The translations under genes were made by a program, and so were the position numbers. DNA of 64,000 bases from the human T2T-CHM13v2.0 reference genome, Homo sapiens, in NCBI RefSeq assembly GCF_009914755.1, contig NC_060931.1. One strand, written 5' to 3'. Numbering within the stretch: position 1 is the stretch's first letter; each line of letters begins with the position of its first letter. This document shows positions 27,656 through 41,025 of this stretch, piece after piece. The notes under the pieces are model-generated. The model searched no databases. It had not been told where the DNA came from and worked only from the letters and a program-made list of their open reading frames with translations.

Positions 27656-30600
27656 TTTAGAATGGTATATTGATTTGTGTTCCAATTGTTCTTTCTTGCA
27701 TAAATCACATCTGTAATTCATTGACCACAGTTGTCTATGAGGCTTATTAAAAATGGTATAACAACTTACACATACATGAATAATTGGAATGCAGAATCAT
27801 TTTAACTTCCCTTTCCCAGTCTTTCTATAGTCAGTTTGTATTTAATTCAACAATTGTTTTTTGAGAGGCCCACATTTATTAAATGTTTATCTTGTCCAGC
27901 TTAATTTCTCTAGAAACAAAATCTCACCTTCATTTTGTACTTATCACTGGTTTACATGTGGTAAATAAAATTAGCAGAAACAGGTTTGGGTATGGTCCAC
28001 TGTGGTACACGGGTGTCTTATAGAGATGAGTATTCATTGGCTATGAAATGTTCAGTAAGTTTTACAAAGGAAACGAAGATCATCAGTTGATCTAGCTGGT
28101 CAGTTGGGGTCAGTTAAAAGAGCATTATTGTAAAAGATTTGTGGTTTGCCTGATTTTAGATCAGTTAACATTCACCCATGAGAAGGTAGGATGTATGTCA
28201 TTTTTATTTTATAAGTGAATATGTAACTGTATTTTTTTATTTTGTATTTAAATTTTTATTCAATATTTCAAATTAATTAATTTCTAATGTTAATACCTAA
28301 TATACATAGATATAATCAATATGATCACTGTTATCTCTAGAGTGAAGACAGTTTCTTGCCAACAATTTTTATATCCCATTATAACCATCCAGATGAGTTC
28401 ATTATGGGCTTTCAGTACACACTATCAGCGCTTAAGAGTCTTGAGTTCATTCTGGTCTTTGATTATCACATGTCTTGAAATACACACCACATTAGATTTG
28501 TAAATAAATTGTAGAAAAATCTTAAGACTGAAATTTAGATATTAACAAACATTATTTCCTCTTGAGATATGCTAACAGACATCAGAGCATTAGTAGGTCA
28601 CTAAAGAGTGAAGATGAGTCAGACCCATCAAAATACATATACTCGTTCTACCACTTGATATGTACACACTTCGAGTTGGTAATTTATTCCCAGTTGTTTG
28701 TGACGGTTGCATTTGTGCTTATCTTCTCTTAGTTTCACAAGGGTAGCTAATCATGAGTTTTTGTCTGTTTTTGCTGAACTTTACCTACTGTCTTATTAAT
28801 CTTGTTTATATCAGTGTGAGTTTCTTAAGGACAAGGACTCGTAGGCACCAACACAGAAAGCAATTTTAGGAATATACTGTCTGAATTAAATGTATTAAAT
28901 CAGTCAACAAATAGGAACCTTTTGAGAAATGGTCCTGAAAACATTTTTGTTTGCTTTTTTTCCTAGAGAGGAAATAAACGGGTTTATAAGCTGCTGAGTG
29001 CAAGTATCATGGTCTGTGCCTTTTCTTCTTGACTGCTCTGCTATATTCTCTTTCAGAAAGCTGAGTAGCTCAGCACAGTGAATACTAAAGGGAATGCATT
29101 CCTTCTCTCTCAGGGGACTGAAGCAGTGTTTAACACCACTGTAAAATCCTCAGCTGTGGCTTTCTCTGGTGTAGAATTTGTCTAAGAAAGATTAAAAGAA
29201 CAAGGAAAGCTTTGTGTGCTGTTTCTCTTTCTTTTCTTCACCCCTCCTGCTCCAGGCTATCCTGAGGGGGGAAAAAAAACGTGGAGTATTTTCCTTGGAC
29301 CTCTGGAGTATGCATGTTATGTATGTGTGAGTCTTAGAGAAAAATAAAGGCAAATGCAAGGCATGCCTGCTAGTGGGAGTCATCACCCATGGGTGAAATG
29401 AAGAAAACTACATGAGTGCGTTTGCGTTTATACGGCCACTTTTTCCATTGAATGACCCAAACAAGATGCCAGTGACAAAGCATTGGTCCTACATGTGATA
29501 AAACAGCGGCCTGGCCATTTGCTTAATTGGTGGAGAACTCAGGTGTGTTACTCTTGGCAGAGGTGAAAGCCTTCATAGAGAATTAGAAGGGGTATAATTT
29601 GGGCACTGTACTCAGAATCTTTCTTGGTATATTGTTTAAGAGCTTCATTGCAGTGACTGCCATTCAGCAAGAAATAAGAGATGACTTTTAAATATTTGGC
29701 CAGATTTTATAGTGGCAAGGACAGAGTTTTAGAGCTGAAGAGCCATTTAGTTCAATCCCATCAATCTGCAAATGTGAACAGTAAGCCCAGAATCACATTT
29801 AGTGTTAGTGGCCAGAAGGGAGACCTTGGCTATGAACATTTACCCTACCGGAAACTAATGGCGTAACCAGATTTGAACCTTTTCTTCCATTCTGTACTAG
29901 GTTGTCTTTTCTTTGTTAGGAAAAGCCTATTATAAACGGAACATTGACATGAATTTTAATTTTTGCATATTTTCTTACAACATTTGCCCTTACTGCATTT
30001 TATAACTAATTGTATATACTTTTATATTTTCCTTTTTGTACTCATGATTCTAATGTTTCTATGTGGCATTTCTCACAATCTCTGTGGGGTTTTATTATAA
30101 TTTGCTAAATTATTCCCTTGTTTGGGGGCATTTATATAAACTTTTTTTTTTTTTTGCCATGAAAGAGAAAGCCACAGCAAACAATGTATATATGTAGCTC
30201 TTTATTCTCTCAAGTTATTGTTTTTGTTCTCATCATCTGAGTTATTGGGGGTGACTTCATTACAGCAGTGGAAAACACATGGTAACCTGCCAGCATCAGA
30301 AGGTGTCGCTTTGTACTGTGTGTGTGTGTGTGTGTGAAGGTTATGTGGGTATGACTGTGTAGGAAAGAAAAAAAGTGCTACTCTTTGTAGATCAAACAAT
30401 TGATGAGTCTTAATGTAGGATTACGTGTTGCCTGTTAAATTGCTATTTCTGCTGAGAAAGATAAAGGCATTTTTATTAGTGTAGTTGATTAGCTTTATTA
30501 ATGTTGGACAAAATCAATGTTATGAAAATGAAATCTATAGTTTTGGGGTAAAATAAAATTTAATAGGTAGGTGACCCATTCATACACTTATGTGAAGTAA

Positions 30601-30938
30601 TTTTTGAAATGATAACATGCATGAAAATTTACTATCTATACTAAATGTATATTCAAAGATATTCTTCCTCTAGGGTTCTAGTTATAAACCCTTATAAACC
30701 CTTATAAAATACTATGATTCACATATACAACTTATAAAATACTGTGATTCATCAGACAGCTCTAGTTTCATTTTATCTATTGACTCTGATTTAAATTATC
30801 ACTCTTTTTTATGCAGGAATATGTGGTAACAAGTTATATGGTAAGAAATTTAAATGTAAAGATTTTGACCTAACGTTGATTCAGATTGTAGAGCTGTCAG
30901 TTGAAAAGGGAAACTTCATGTTTAGAAATTTGAGTTCT

Positions 30939-31279
<341 letters not shown>

Positions 31280-31894
31280 TTATTTCCAACAAAAATTTTC
31301 CTGGTGGAGGAGTTATTAGGACCAGTGAGCATGCATTTTTTTTTACCGTCTTGATTGTATTATCATATTAGCTTCAAGAAATGTTTGTTTCACGTTACTT
31401 ATCTTTGTTTGTCAATGAGGTCAGACACTTTCCCCCACGCTGAGAACAGTATCCACTGCCTCTGAGGTGGATAGTCTCTAGAAATCCTTTCCCTGTCCTG
31501 GAGCAGTTTGCCTGAAAGTGCCATAGTTGGTAGCAAATTCCCTTCCACTCCTCTTCCTGCCTGTTAACACTTTCTGGAAACCCAGGTCCCCATGTGCTTT
31601 AGCACTCTCTATAATCATTTGTGGGCCTCTGCAGATGAGCAGTCTGGGAGCTGTGGATGAGGGGCTGGGCAACTTCTGTCATGTGCCATTGCTGTGAGAT
31701 CTTTTCTTCACCAGAATCTGGGGGTGATTTAGAATAATGGTTAGTTAGTGACATGAAGTTTTGGAAAGTTTTTTGTTGACATTTTTAAGAAGAAGAAAAA
31801 CTGATGATGAACTAAAATAAAGCTGTTCTTTCAGCCATGTCTCTGAAACCATTGAGAAGGTTTCCAGGTACATTTTGGGCAGTAAAGAAGATGT

Positions 31895-32060
31895 GGACTG
31901 GGCATTCCTGTAATCCCAGCGCTGTGGGAGCCTGAGGCAGGAGGATCACTTGAACCCAGGAGGTCTAGGCCACAGTGAGCTATGGTCATGCCACTGCACT
32001 CTAGCCTGAGCAACAGAGGAAGACTCTCTAAAAAAAAAAAAAAAAAAAAGAAAGGAAAAG
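31895..32060 (+). mobile_element. FRAM / Alu right monomer
   Basis: cctgtaatcccagc...ggatcacttgaacccaggaggtc...agcctgagcaacagag plus poly-A. Confidence 0.85.
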
Positions 32061-32249
32061 AAAACGTGCCCTGTTTTTCTGTTGTTGAGCCTTATTTATT
32101 TTCCTTGCTCTCAGCAGCTCTGTGGTTCCATCACTTGGCTGCCTTCACGGTGCCTCTGACTAGTTTTGGAAATAGAAGTGGTGGTACAAACAACGGGGTG
32201 GAGTTGCAGGATACATTGTGGTGATATAGTCTTTTCATTCTCTATATTT

Positions 32250-33112
32250 CAGCCAATATGATCTTTTCAAAACACAGGTTACATTATAGCATTCTCCTGC
32301 TTAAGATCCTCTAGGGCTTCTTATTACGCTAAGAATAAAATCCAAATACTTGGTCATGGCCTATGAAGCCGTATGTGGCTCCCTGCCCACTTCCATTCCC
32401 ACTGTCCATCTAGGTCCTCAGGATTCCCTTATCAAACTTTCTTCAGTTGCTCTACCACACATCCCCATGTGGTGGGTTCCATTCTGTACTGTAGCTCTTA
32501 ACTCAAACATTAGCTCTTTAGTGTGGTCTTATCTTACCAACCATCTAAGTTTGCCCCCTTTACTTTTTTTTTTTTTTGAGACAGGGTCTTGCTCTGTGGC
32601 CCAGGCTGAAGTACAATGAAGAATATGATTCACTGCAGCCTCGAGCTCCTCGGTTCAAGTGATCCTCCAGCCTCGGCTTCCCGAGTAGCTAAGACTACAG
32701 GCACGTGCCACCATGCTTAGCTAATTCTTAAAAAAAGTTTTTTTTGTAGAGTCAGGGTCTTACTATGTTGCCCAGGCTGGTCCTGAACTTCTGGGCTTAA
32801 GCGATCCTCCCGCCTCGACCTCTCAAAGTGCTGGGATTTTAGGCATGAGCCACCGTGCCCAGCCGCTTTACTTATGTCTTACTCTGTTATTGTTTCCTCT
32901 GTATCTTCTTAATACCACTTATAAACATCTGAAATTACCCCTTTGTAAATGTATTTGCTTATTTATTATTATTTTCTTCTGACTTCTTTCATTGAATGAA
33001 AGTAAGTTCCATGAGAGCAGGACCTTAGGGATGTTATTAACTGTTACATCCCCAGCACCTAGTGCTATGCCTAGCAGTGAGTAAGAACATTAATATTTGT
33101 TGAATGAATGCT
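32250..33112 (+). mobile_element. L2 (interrupted by AluJ)
   Basis: ctcctgcttaagatcctctagggcttc...; gtaagttccatgagagcaggacc...cccagcacctagtgc...ttgttgaatgaatg. Confidence 0.8.
32564..32863 (-). mobile_element. AluJ
   Basis: Dimeric antisense Alu; flanks ctttactt/ctttactt. Confidence 0.95.
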
Positions 33113-34059
33113 TGAATGGCCAAAACAAGCCCCTGTTATGTGGCAGGAGCTGTGCTAGCAGTAAAAAATTTAGATAAGTTGAATTCAGTCTCTGCAAACA
33201 ATGTTTTCCATAATCTGGAATTGTTGTTTGGAATTCTTTACAGAAATTCACATCCAGGCTCACTTGGAAAAATAATCTTGCTGATTGTAATTTTTCTCGT
33301 TATGGTTGTTCTTGGCAGTAAAGTCAGTTTCCAGGTGAGAATGTTACTGCTCTTGGCCAAAGGCCACTGTAAACTTTCCAGTATTCCTGAGGGTCTTCAG
33401 GCCTTACTCCTTGAATAAGACAGTGCTCCTTGCTTGAAGAACTAAGTTTTCTGAGAGTAGAAGGGAACAATAGAAAGTGTACACATCAGCATTACCAGTT
33501 TATTGTTTTCTGGACAGTTATCCAAATTTGCTTAAGGACTTAATTATTACCAGATCAAATAATGTTCCCCTCACTTTTTAGTCTAGTATATGCTGTATGC
33601 TACCCTGTCTGTGATTCTGATTTCAAAGTGAGAAACAAATTAGCAAGCAGTTGTTTGGTGAATTTTAAATGCAGTGGTGACCCTTGCCCAATCTTTCATA
33701 AAAATTATTTTATATTTAATGAGTTATATCTTGGGGTTCCACAAATAGTAGGTTCGATATTTAGGATTAGGTGCATAATACCTGGAGTTAAGCTTTGCAG
33801 AGCTGGAATTTGGACTGTGTGTCTTGGCCAGACCCTGGAAGCACAAGGACAATGTTGAGATGAAAAGATTGAGAATTTAAAATCTGTAAGAATTTAAAGC
33901 CATTTTACATCACACCATAATTTCTCTTCGCTGGATTAAGACATTTCACAGCTATTTATAAAGGAGTGATTTGCTACTATAATTTAATTCACTTGACAAT
34001 CGTAGGACATTGGATCCATAGTTATGTCAAGCTAGATTAGATGCAAAATTGGTAGGAAG

Positions 34060-34265
34060 ACTTTTGTAGATTAAAGACATATGACAGTGAAATGCAGAAT
34101 TTGAGCTTCTATTGAATCCTAGTTCGAGGGAAATGCTGTGAAGGTCATTTGGGGACAACTGGGGAAATCTGAAAGTTGGACTGCATTAGATAGTATTGAA
34201 TAAATATTAAATAACCTCTTGAGTGTGTTAATGATATTGTAATTATGGAGGACAATATGTTCCCT
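34060..34265 (+). mobile_element. L1ME/MC 3' UTR fragment
   Basis: aaggtcatttggggacaactggggaaatctgaa...gagtgtgttaatgatattgt. Confidence 0.65.
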
Positions 34266-34572
34266 TTCTTGTTCTTTTTGCTTTCTGATAGGGTCTTGCT
34301 ATATTTCCCAGGCTTTTATAGAGCAGTGGTGTCATCATAGCTCACTGCATTCTTGAACTCCTGGGCTCAAGGGTCCTCCTGCCTCAGTGTCTCTGTAGCC
34401 GGGACTACAGGTGTGCGCCACTATGCCCTGTAAATTTTTTTAAAATATTTTAATAGAGACCAGGTCTTGTGATGTTGCCCATGCTGGTCTCAAATTTCTG
34501 TCCTCAAGTGATACCCCTGCCTTGGCTTCCCAAAGTGCTAGGATTACAGGGATGAGCCACCATGTCCGGACT
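34266..34572 (-). mobile_element. AluJ
   Basis: Dimeric antisense Alu, highly diverged. Confidence 0.9.
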
Positions 34573-34604
34573 TTAAAAACATTGTTTTCCAATACGTCAT
34601 GACT

Positions 34605-34896
34605 ATTTTGACTATTTGATTGGTTTTAAAATATCTAGTTCATTTTCATGTTGTTCCAGATGAATTCACTTTTATATTGTATCAGTTGATGCCATTTCAA
34701 ACTTGAAAGGTAAAAGTAGTCACTGTTCTTCAAACCAAAATGACTACTAAGAGGTGTGCGTGTGTATGTCAGGGGAGGTGGAGGGAAATTGTGGATATGA
34801 ATGAAAATAATGAGTGTAACTTTGATCACACAGATAATACATCTACAGCCTTTACTAAAGCTGCCTTTACAGTTTCTGGCTTCAGAGATGTGGTAA
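34605..34896 (+). repeat. Local duplication, copy 1 (of 37164-37470)
   Basis: Direct alignment by eye: about 10 substitutions and 3 indels. Confidence 0.95.
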
Positions 34897-35299
34897 GTGC
34901 CTCTTGAAAGGTTGATATATTACTTTTAACAACATAAAAATGATATTTGCCTTTTTTAGAGTCTCTTTTTTGTTCACTCAGATTTAAATGTATCATCTAA
35001 CAGTCTTCTCTTTGTGCCCATGTTCTTCCATGAGACACTTAGAATGTCTAAAAAGATGAGTTTGGTATTGTTCTAGCCTTCCCTTTGTTTTTAAGGGGGA
35101 CTTTGAGTCTATCAAGAGTGTGTGTGTCAGCTAAGATTGTATAGCTGGCTGGTGCAGGAGCTGGAATTTAATGTTGTTTTTTTCTGGCCTCTCAGTACAT
35201 CACATTGTCACTTAAGTGAGATGGCAAGCATTTCAGGTGCTCTTACATATATCTGCAAGCATGGATAACATTTAATGCCAGCTCTCATAATTATGCATC

Positions 35300-35460
35300 A
35301 CTTGTTGAATTATTTATTGTACATACCCTACTATAAATTGTAAACTCCTCAAGGGCAGGATTTTTGTCTGTTTTATGCATTGCTTTTTTTTGTGGTATGT
35401 AGAACTCTGTCTGGAAGGTGATAGGCACTCAACAAATATTTATTGAATGAATGAGTGAAT
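35300..35460 (+). mobile_element. L2 3' end
   Basis: tgtaaactcctcaagggcagga...aggcactcaacaaatatttattgaatgaatgagtgaat. Confidence 0.75.
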
Positions 35461-36525
35461 CAAAATAGAATGAACTAGGAATAGATTAATGGCTGCTCAC
35501 TTTGCAGGATTTCAGGGAAATAATTGGTCAGCTTTAACAACACATCCCCCTCTAACTAGCTGATCTAAACTGAAAAATTAGACACTGGCTTCCTGTTTAA
35601 TTTCCCGTACTCGTGGGAGTGATAATACATTAAGCTCACTTAGGTCAGTGATTTGACAACTTAGAGTGAATGATTTCAACAACCCCTTTCCTAGGAGCAC
35701 TTTTTGTTGGGGGCAGGGAGGACGGGTGGAGTGCTACTAAGTTGAAGAAAAGTACAGATGGAAAGGGGCAGGAAAAAAGAAAGACAAGGAGATGCAAAGA
35801 CAAACTTTGAGCGTATCATGATTTTGAGCAGGACAACTTTGCTGGTATGTGGGTTAAGAAATACTTTGGAATAAATGGCATGGTCTGATCTGTCAAACTT
35901 GTTCATGGTCCTGTGGTCCCAAGAATCTGTACCATGTAATTTGTAACTCCAGATAGTCAAGACTTGAATTTGGTAACTCTTGTAATTCTTGGTATTGTGT
36001 ATGGATGCTCATGTACAGTTTCAGGAGAGTAAGCTGTTGTTCCCATCTTATGTGTGGCTTATTATATCATGAGTTATTACTGTTTGTCAGTTATTCCTGG
36101 GTAACGCTGTTAAGAAAATGCTGGCACTTCAAGGGGTTTGAGGAAATGTTGAGGATCAGATTTATTTAATATGTGCAAAATTCTAGATTAGGTAGAAAGT
36201 TGTTGAAATCATGGATCTAAAGTGAAAAATTGAGCTTTTTAGAGCACCTATTAGAGATCAGACAATTTCTAGTGTAGAGCCTGACACATAAGAGTTACGT
36301 AATAAATATTTGGTGTGTGGGATGAGAGGGAAGGAGAGAGGAGGAATGTTGTGAGCAGCTACTCATTGAAGTTGTGAATGCAGCCAAGCTGATGGTTCCA
36401 TAGATTGTTTTTCTCTATGTTGAGGCTTTAAATGGTATCCTTAATTTACTGCTACCTTTCAGATGAATGCAACTGGACATCAAGTAGACTAGGGGAAGAA
36501 GAGTACATCTGTTTTCCCTAGAGAA

Positions 36526-36861
36526 CAGGGACCCCCCGCCCCGGGCCATGGAACTGGTACCTGTCCATAGCCCATTGGGAACTGGGCCACAGAGCAGGAG
36601 GTGAGCAGCAGGCTAACAAACATTAAGGCCTGAGCTCCTGTCAGATCAGCGGCGGCATTAGACTCTCATAGGAGTGCTAACTCTATTGTGAACTGTGCGT
36701 TTGAGGGATCTAGGTTGCCTGCTTCCATGAGAATCTAATGCCTGATGATCTGAGGTGGAACAGGTGCATCCCAACACCATCGCCCTCCCATCCCCAGGTC
36801 TGTGGGAAAAATTGTGTTCCATGAAACCGGTGCCTGATGCCAAAATGGTTGGGGACCGCTG
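36526..36861 (+). mobile_element. MER1B (hAT-Charlie)
   Basis: gtcagatcagcggcggcattagactctcatagg...tccatgaaaccggtgcctgatgccaaaatggttggggaccgctg. Confidence 0.9.
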
Positions 36862-36929
36862 ACATACAAGAAGAGTAATTCAAAAAACAGAAATAGCAAT
36901 ACAAAGTTGCAGTCTGAATTTGTGCATGC

Positions 36930-37070
36930 TATTTTACCTCTTGGTGCCTCAATTTCCTTATCTGTAAAATAGGGTTACTAATGTATATTTCATTGGGTTT
37001 TTTGGGTAGGAGTAAATGAGGTAATTGGTAAAAAGGAGTTTAGATACAGCATCTACTGAAATATCAGCCA
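36930..37070 (+). mobile_element. MIR
   Basis: gtgcctcaatttccttatctgtaaaatagg core. Confidence 0.75.
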
Positions 37071-37163
37071 GTAGAAGTATTTTGCGGTCAATTTGTTTTG
37101 TATGTGCCCAGAGGGAAGGGAAATATGCTTACCAATTTTGTTCATTGTTACCGTCTGTATAGA

Positions 37164-37470
37164 ATTTTGACTATTTGATTGGTTTTAAAATATCTAGTTC
37201 ATTTTCATGTTGTTCCAGATGAATTCGCTTTTATATTGTATCAGGTGAGGCCATTTCACACTTGAAAGGTAAAAGTAGTCACTGTTCTTCAAACCAAAAT
37301 GACTACTAAGAGGTGTGCGTGTGTGTTTGTGTGTGTGTATGTCAGGGGAGGTGGAGGGAAAATGTGGATACAAATGAAAATATGAGTGTAACTTTGATCA
37401 TACAGATAATATATCTACAGCCTTTACTAAAGCTGCCTTTACATAGTTTCTGGCTTCAGAGATGTAGTAA
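37164..37470 (+). repeat. Local duplication, copy 2 (of 34605-34896)
   Basis: Same alignment; carries a longer TG tract. Confidence 0.95.
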
Positions 37471-37516
37471 ATATCCACTGGAATGTTAGCTCTTAAAGCT
37501 GGTGGTCATATTTATA

Positions 37517-37738
37517 TAGGTTGGGTATCCCTTATCTGAAGTGCTTTTGACAGAAGTGTTTTGGGTTTGGGATAATTTTGGATTTTGGAATATCTGCATT
37601 ATACTTATAAGTTGAGCATCCCAAATATGAAATGCTGCAGTGAGCATTTCTTTGGAGTGTCATGTTGGTGTTCAAAAACTGTTTGGATTTTGGAGCATTT
37701 TGGATTTTCGATTTTCAGATTTGTGTTCCTCAATCTCT
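37517..37738 (+). mobile_element. Tigger4a/MER46A (TcMar-Tigger)
   Basis: aggttgggtatcccttatctgaa...gttgagcatccc...ggattttggagcattttggatttt. Confidence 0.85.
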
Positions 37739-39377
37739 GTGGTTTAAGGCTGAGAGAATAGATCTAATCAGCAGTCAGTAGAGCTCATTAGTAGAGGAGA
37801 GAGGAGAGTTTTCTTTTAAGAAGGCTATGGGGTCTTGTGAAGAGACGAGATAGCTTGTATTTAATTCACCTGACAGTCATTAGCTAGTAAAAATGAAAGA
37901 GAGTCTGGGAACTGGAACAGAGAGCTGGAAATTCAGCTCCTTCCAGGCAGATCTGCCTTGAAATTCCGGGGAAATCAGAACAGGAACCTCTTCATTTCTT
38001 CATTTCCCTTCACTGCGTAGTAGTTTATTTTGTGCTTTTGGTAAAATGATTCAAGGTCCAGGAGACATCCTGAGGTGATGCAGTGTAGGAAAGCATTTCA
38101 GAAAGGTAAGATGGAAGACAGATCTGGGCACAGCAATGTGAATTGGACATTTCGTTCATCCTTTGGGCTTCCTAGAATTAGCTGTGATCCATAGGACTGT
38201 CCTGTCCATCCTGGTGTTCTCTCAGAATCAGGAGCAGCTCACTGTGCGAAAACCCATCTGAGGAAAACAAGAATGAGCTGATGGTCACTGTATCCCAAAT
38301 TGACACACTAGTTAGGTAGCCCTTGGGTGTGAACTTCCTTAAAATATTTAAGGAAAGAGACTGCTGTTAACATACTCAGGGAACAATTATATGTTGTTTA
38401 CCACATGACAAGAGAAGAAATAAACGTTAGACATATTTCTGGGAGCTTAGATAAGTTGAAATATGGAGGAATTAAATGCTATATGGTATGATAATATAAA
38501 TCATTTGAAAGTTGAAAGTTTTGTTAGAGCTAAGAAAGGCCTTGAAACCATCCGATCTCAATCCTGTACCTTAAAAATTGGGAAACTGAAGCTGAAAGAT
38601 GGGCAGTGATTTCTCCCAAAGTTTTGTTGCAAAATACAGGGCTTGTCTTGATATCGGAATACTTTCTATTCTAAGACATTTTTTTTGTCTTTAAGATAAC
38701 CAGATATGTATCTGAGGGTAGAACATACCTCCTCTGTACTATACCTTTGAAGTTTTTGTTTATATATATGGTTTGTGCATACTTATGTAAGTGTTGCCCT
38801 CAAAATGGAAAAGATTCAATTAGGCAAGAATATCAGGTGTTGAAGTCATTTTATCCAAGAGCTATGAAGTCTCATATTAGTCAGTTGGGCATATCGTCTT
38901 CATGACCTTTTTGCTAGTGTTCCCATCTGTTGTATCATTGCTGATTGTGTCCATGTGAGACGGAAAAGGAGCATTGGACTCTTAGCCTAGGAACCATATA
39001 ACAACTATAATTTAAAGCAGATGTTATTAACCTAGCATAAAAGATGTGAGAAGTCTGAAGTGTTAGAGCCAGAGAAAAGGTGAGATTAAACTCAAATCTT
39101 CTGAATCTAAAAGCCTTGTTCCTTCCAAAATAAAGATAAGCATATCCTTCTACTGGAAACTTTACAGACTGGCAAGAGTAAGAATAAAAAGAGCAGGTGA
39201 TATATGATTGATTGTGCCATTATTGATAGTTACTGATCTGTTGCATAGTAATGGAGAGCTTGATTGGATGGTGATCCTCCCTGTGTGCCTCCTGAGTGTA
39301 TTTGGAACATCATCCAGGAAGGCCTTTTAAAGAAGACAATACTTGGAGAAGGTTTTGAATGTTTGAAAAGAAGCATG

Positions 39378-39700
<323 letters not shown>

Positions 39701-39799
39701 GAAATGTGGTTTCACTAGAGTTATGGAATCAGGTTAAAAGACAGTATTACCTTTAATGTAAATTGGTGGCACATCTCTGCATCTTAGCCTCAACTCAGA

Positions 39800-40245
39800 A
39801 TATTATTGGTTTAAGAGTCAGAGAGCTTAGGGGTAAAAGGCTCTAAAAGCCTCTGAATTTCAGGAGGTTGGTACTTTCAGCGGTCTGTCTCCATCTCTCA
39901 GCACTACTTCCTCTATGGGCTTCTTGTGGTTCAGAGACAAAGACGATGACTGTTCTGCCTGCTCAGCAGTCCTGGGAGAGAGCAAGGCTCATCGTTTCTG
40001 TGTCCAACAACAATCTTGCAGCTTCCACTTTACAGTCCTCCTTTGGTTATGTGGCTATTCTTGACTGATTGACTGGATATATGTATAGTCATCCCACTAT
40101 ACCCTTTAGTGGGGCGACTCTCATGGCCCTCTCAGCATTCCCGAAACTGCTGGGACCCTGAGGCAGGTGGGGTTAATTCTTCAAAAGAGACTTCAGCTAC
40201 TGTTACCAAAGAGTGAATAAAAGGGCTGAGGTGGCAAAAACAATA
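39800..40245 (-). mobile_element. MLT1 (J/K/L-like) MaLR LTR fossil
   Basis: tctccatctctcagc..., tgattgactgg..., gctactgttacca...gctgaggtggcaaaaacaa. Confidence 0.55.
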
Positions 40246-40269
40246 ATGGGTTTTTGAATATATGTTACT

Positions 40270-40533
40270 AGGCTAGGCACAGTGGCTCATAATTCCAGCA
40301 CTTTGGGAGGCCAAGGAGGAAGGATTACTTGAGCCCAGGACTTTGAGGCCAGCCTGGGCAACACAGTAAGACCTTTTAAACAAAAATTAGCCAGGTATAG
40401 TGGTGTGTACCTGTGGTACCAGCTACTTAGGAGGCTGAGGTAGGAGGATCGCTTGAGCCTGTGATGTACAGTCTACAGTGAGCCGTGATCATATTACTGC
40501 ACTTTAGCCTGGGCAATAGTGAGACCCTGTCTT
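40270..40533 (+). mobile_element. AluJ followed by a (CT/CTGT)n tract
   Basis: Diverged dimeric Alu; tail replaced by CT-rich repeat 40535-40587. Confidence 0.9.
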
Positions 40534-40886
40534 CCTGTCTCTCTGTCTCTGTCTCTGTCTGTCTGTCTCTCTCCCTCTCTCTCTCTGTATATATATAATC
40601 CCAGTATGTTTTTATTTCTTTCTACAGATAGGGGAAGGTGATCTATTTGAAAGTCTAATGCAGAATAAAGTAGTAGTAGTTATCCCCTGGCAGAGTAAAA
40701 AGATAAGCAAAACTTGGGACGTCAACTTACAGCAAGAGCTGTATGGAAGAGAACAGTGTGGTGTGTAGAGAGAAATCATAAAGCTGGCTGCTTTGGGCCC
40801 CAAGAAAGTCTCGCTTGTGATGGTTGTATACATGGCCGTGTGGAGCTTCAGATATAAGAAAAGAATTAAGAGATATGTATTAATAA

Positions 40887-41025
40887 GGCTGGGCATGGTG
40901 CATGTGCCTGTTGTCCCAGCTACTTGGGAGGCTGAGTCAGGAGGATCGCTTGAGCCCAGAAGTTTGAGGTTACGATGAGCTATGATTGTACCATTGCACC
41001 CCAGCCTGGGCAATAGAGTGAGACA
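40887..41025 (+). mobile_element. FRAM / Alu monomer
   Basis: ggctgggcatggtg...ggatcgcttgagccc...cagcctgggcaatagagtgagac. Confidence 0.85.
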
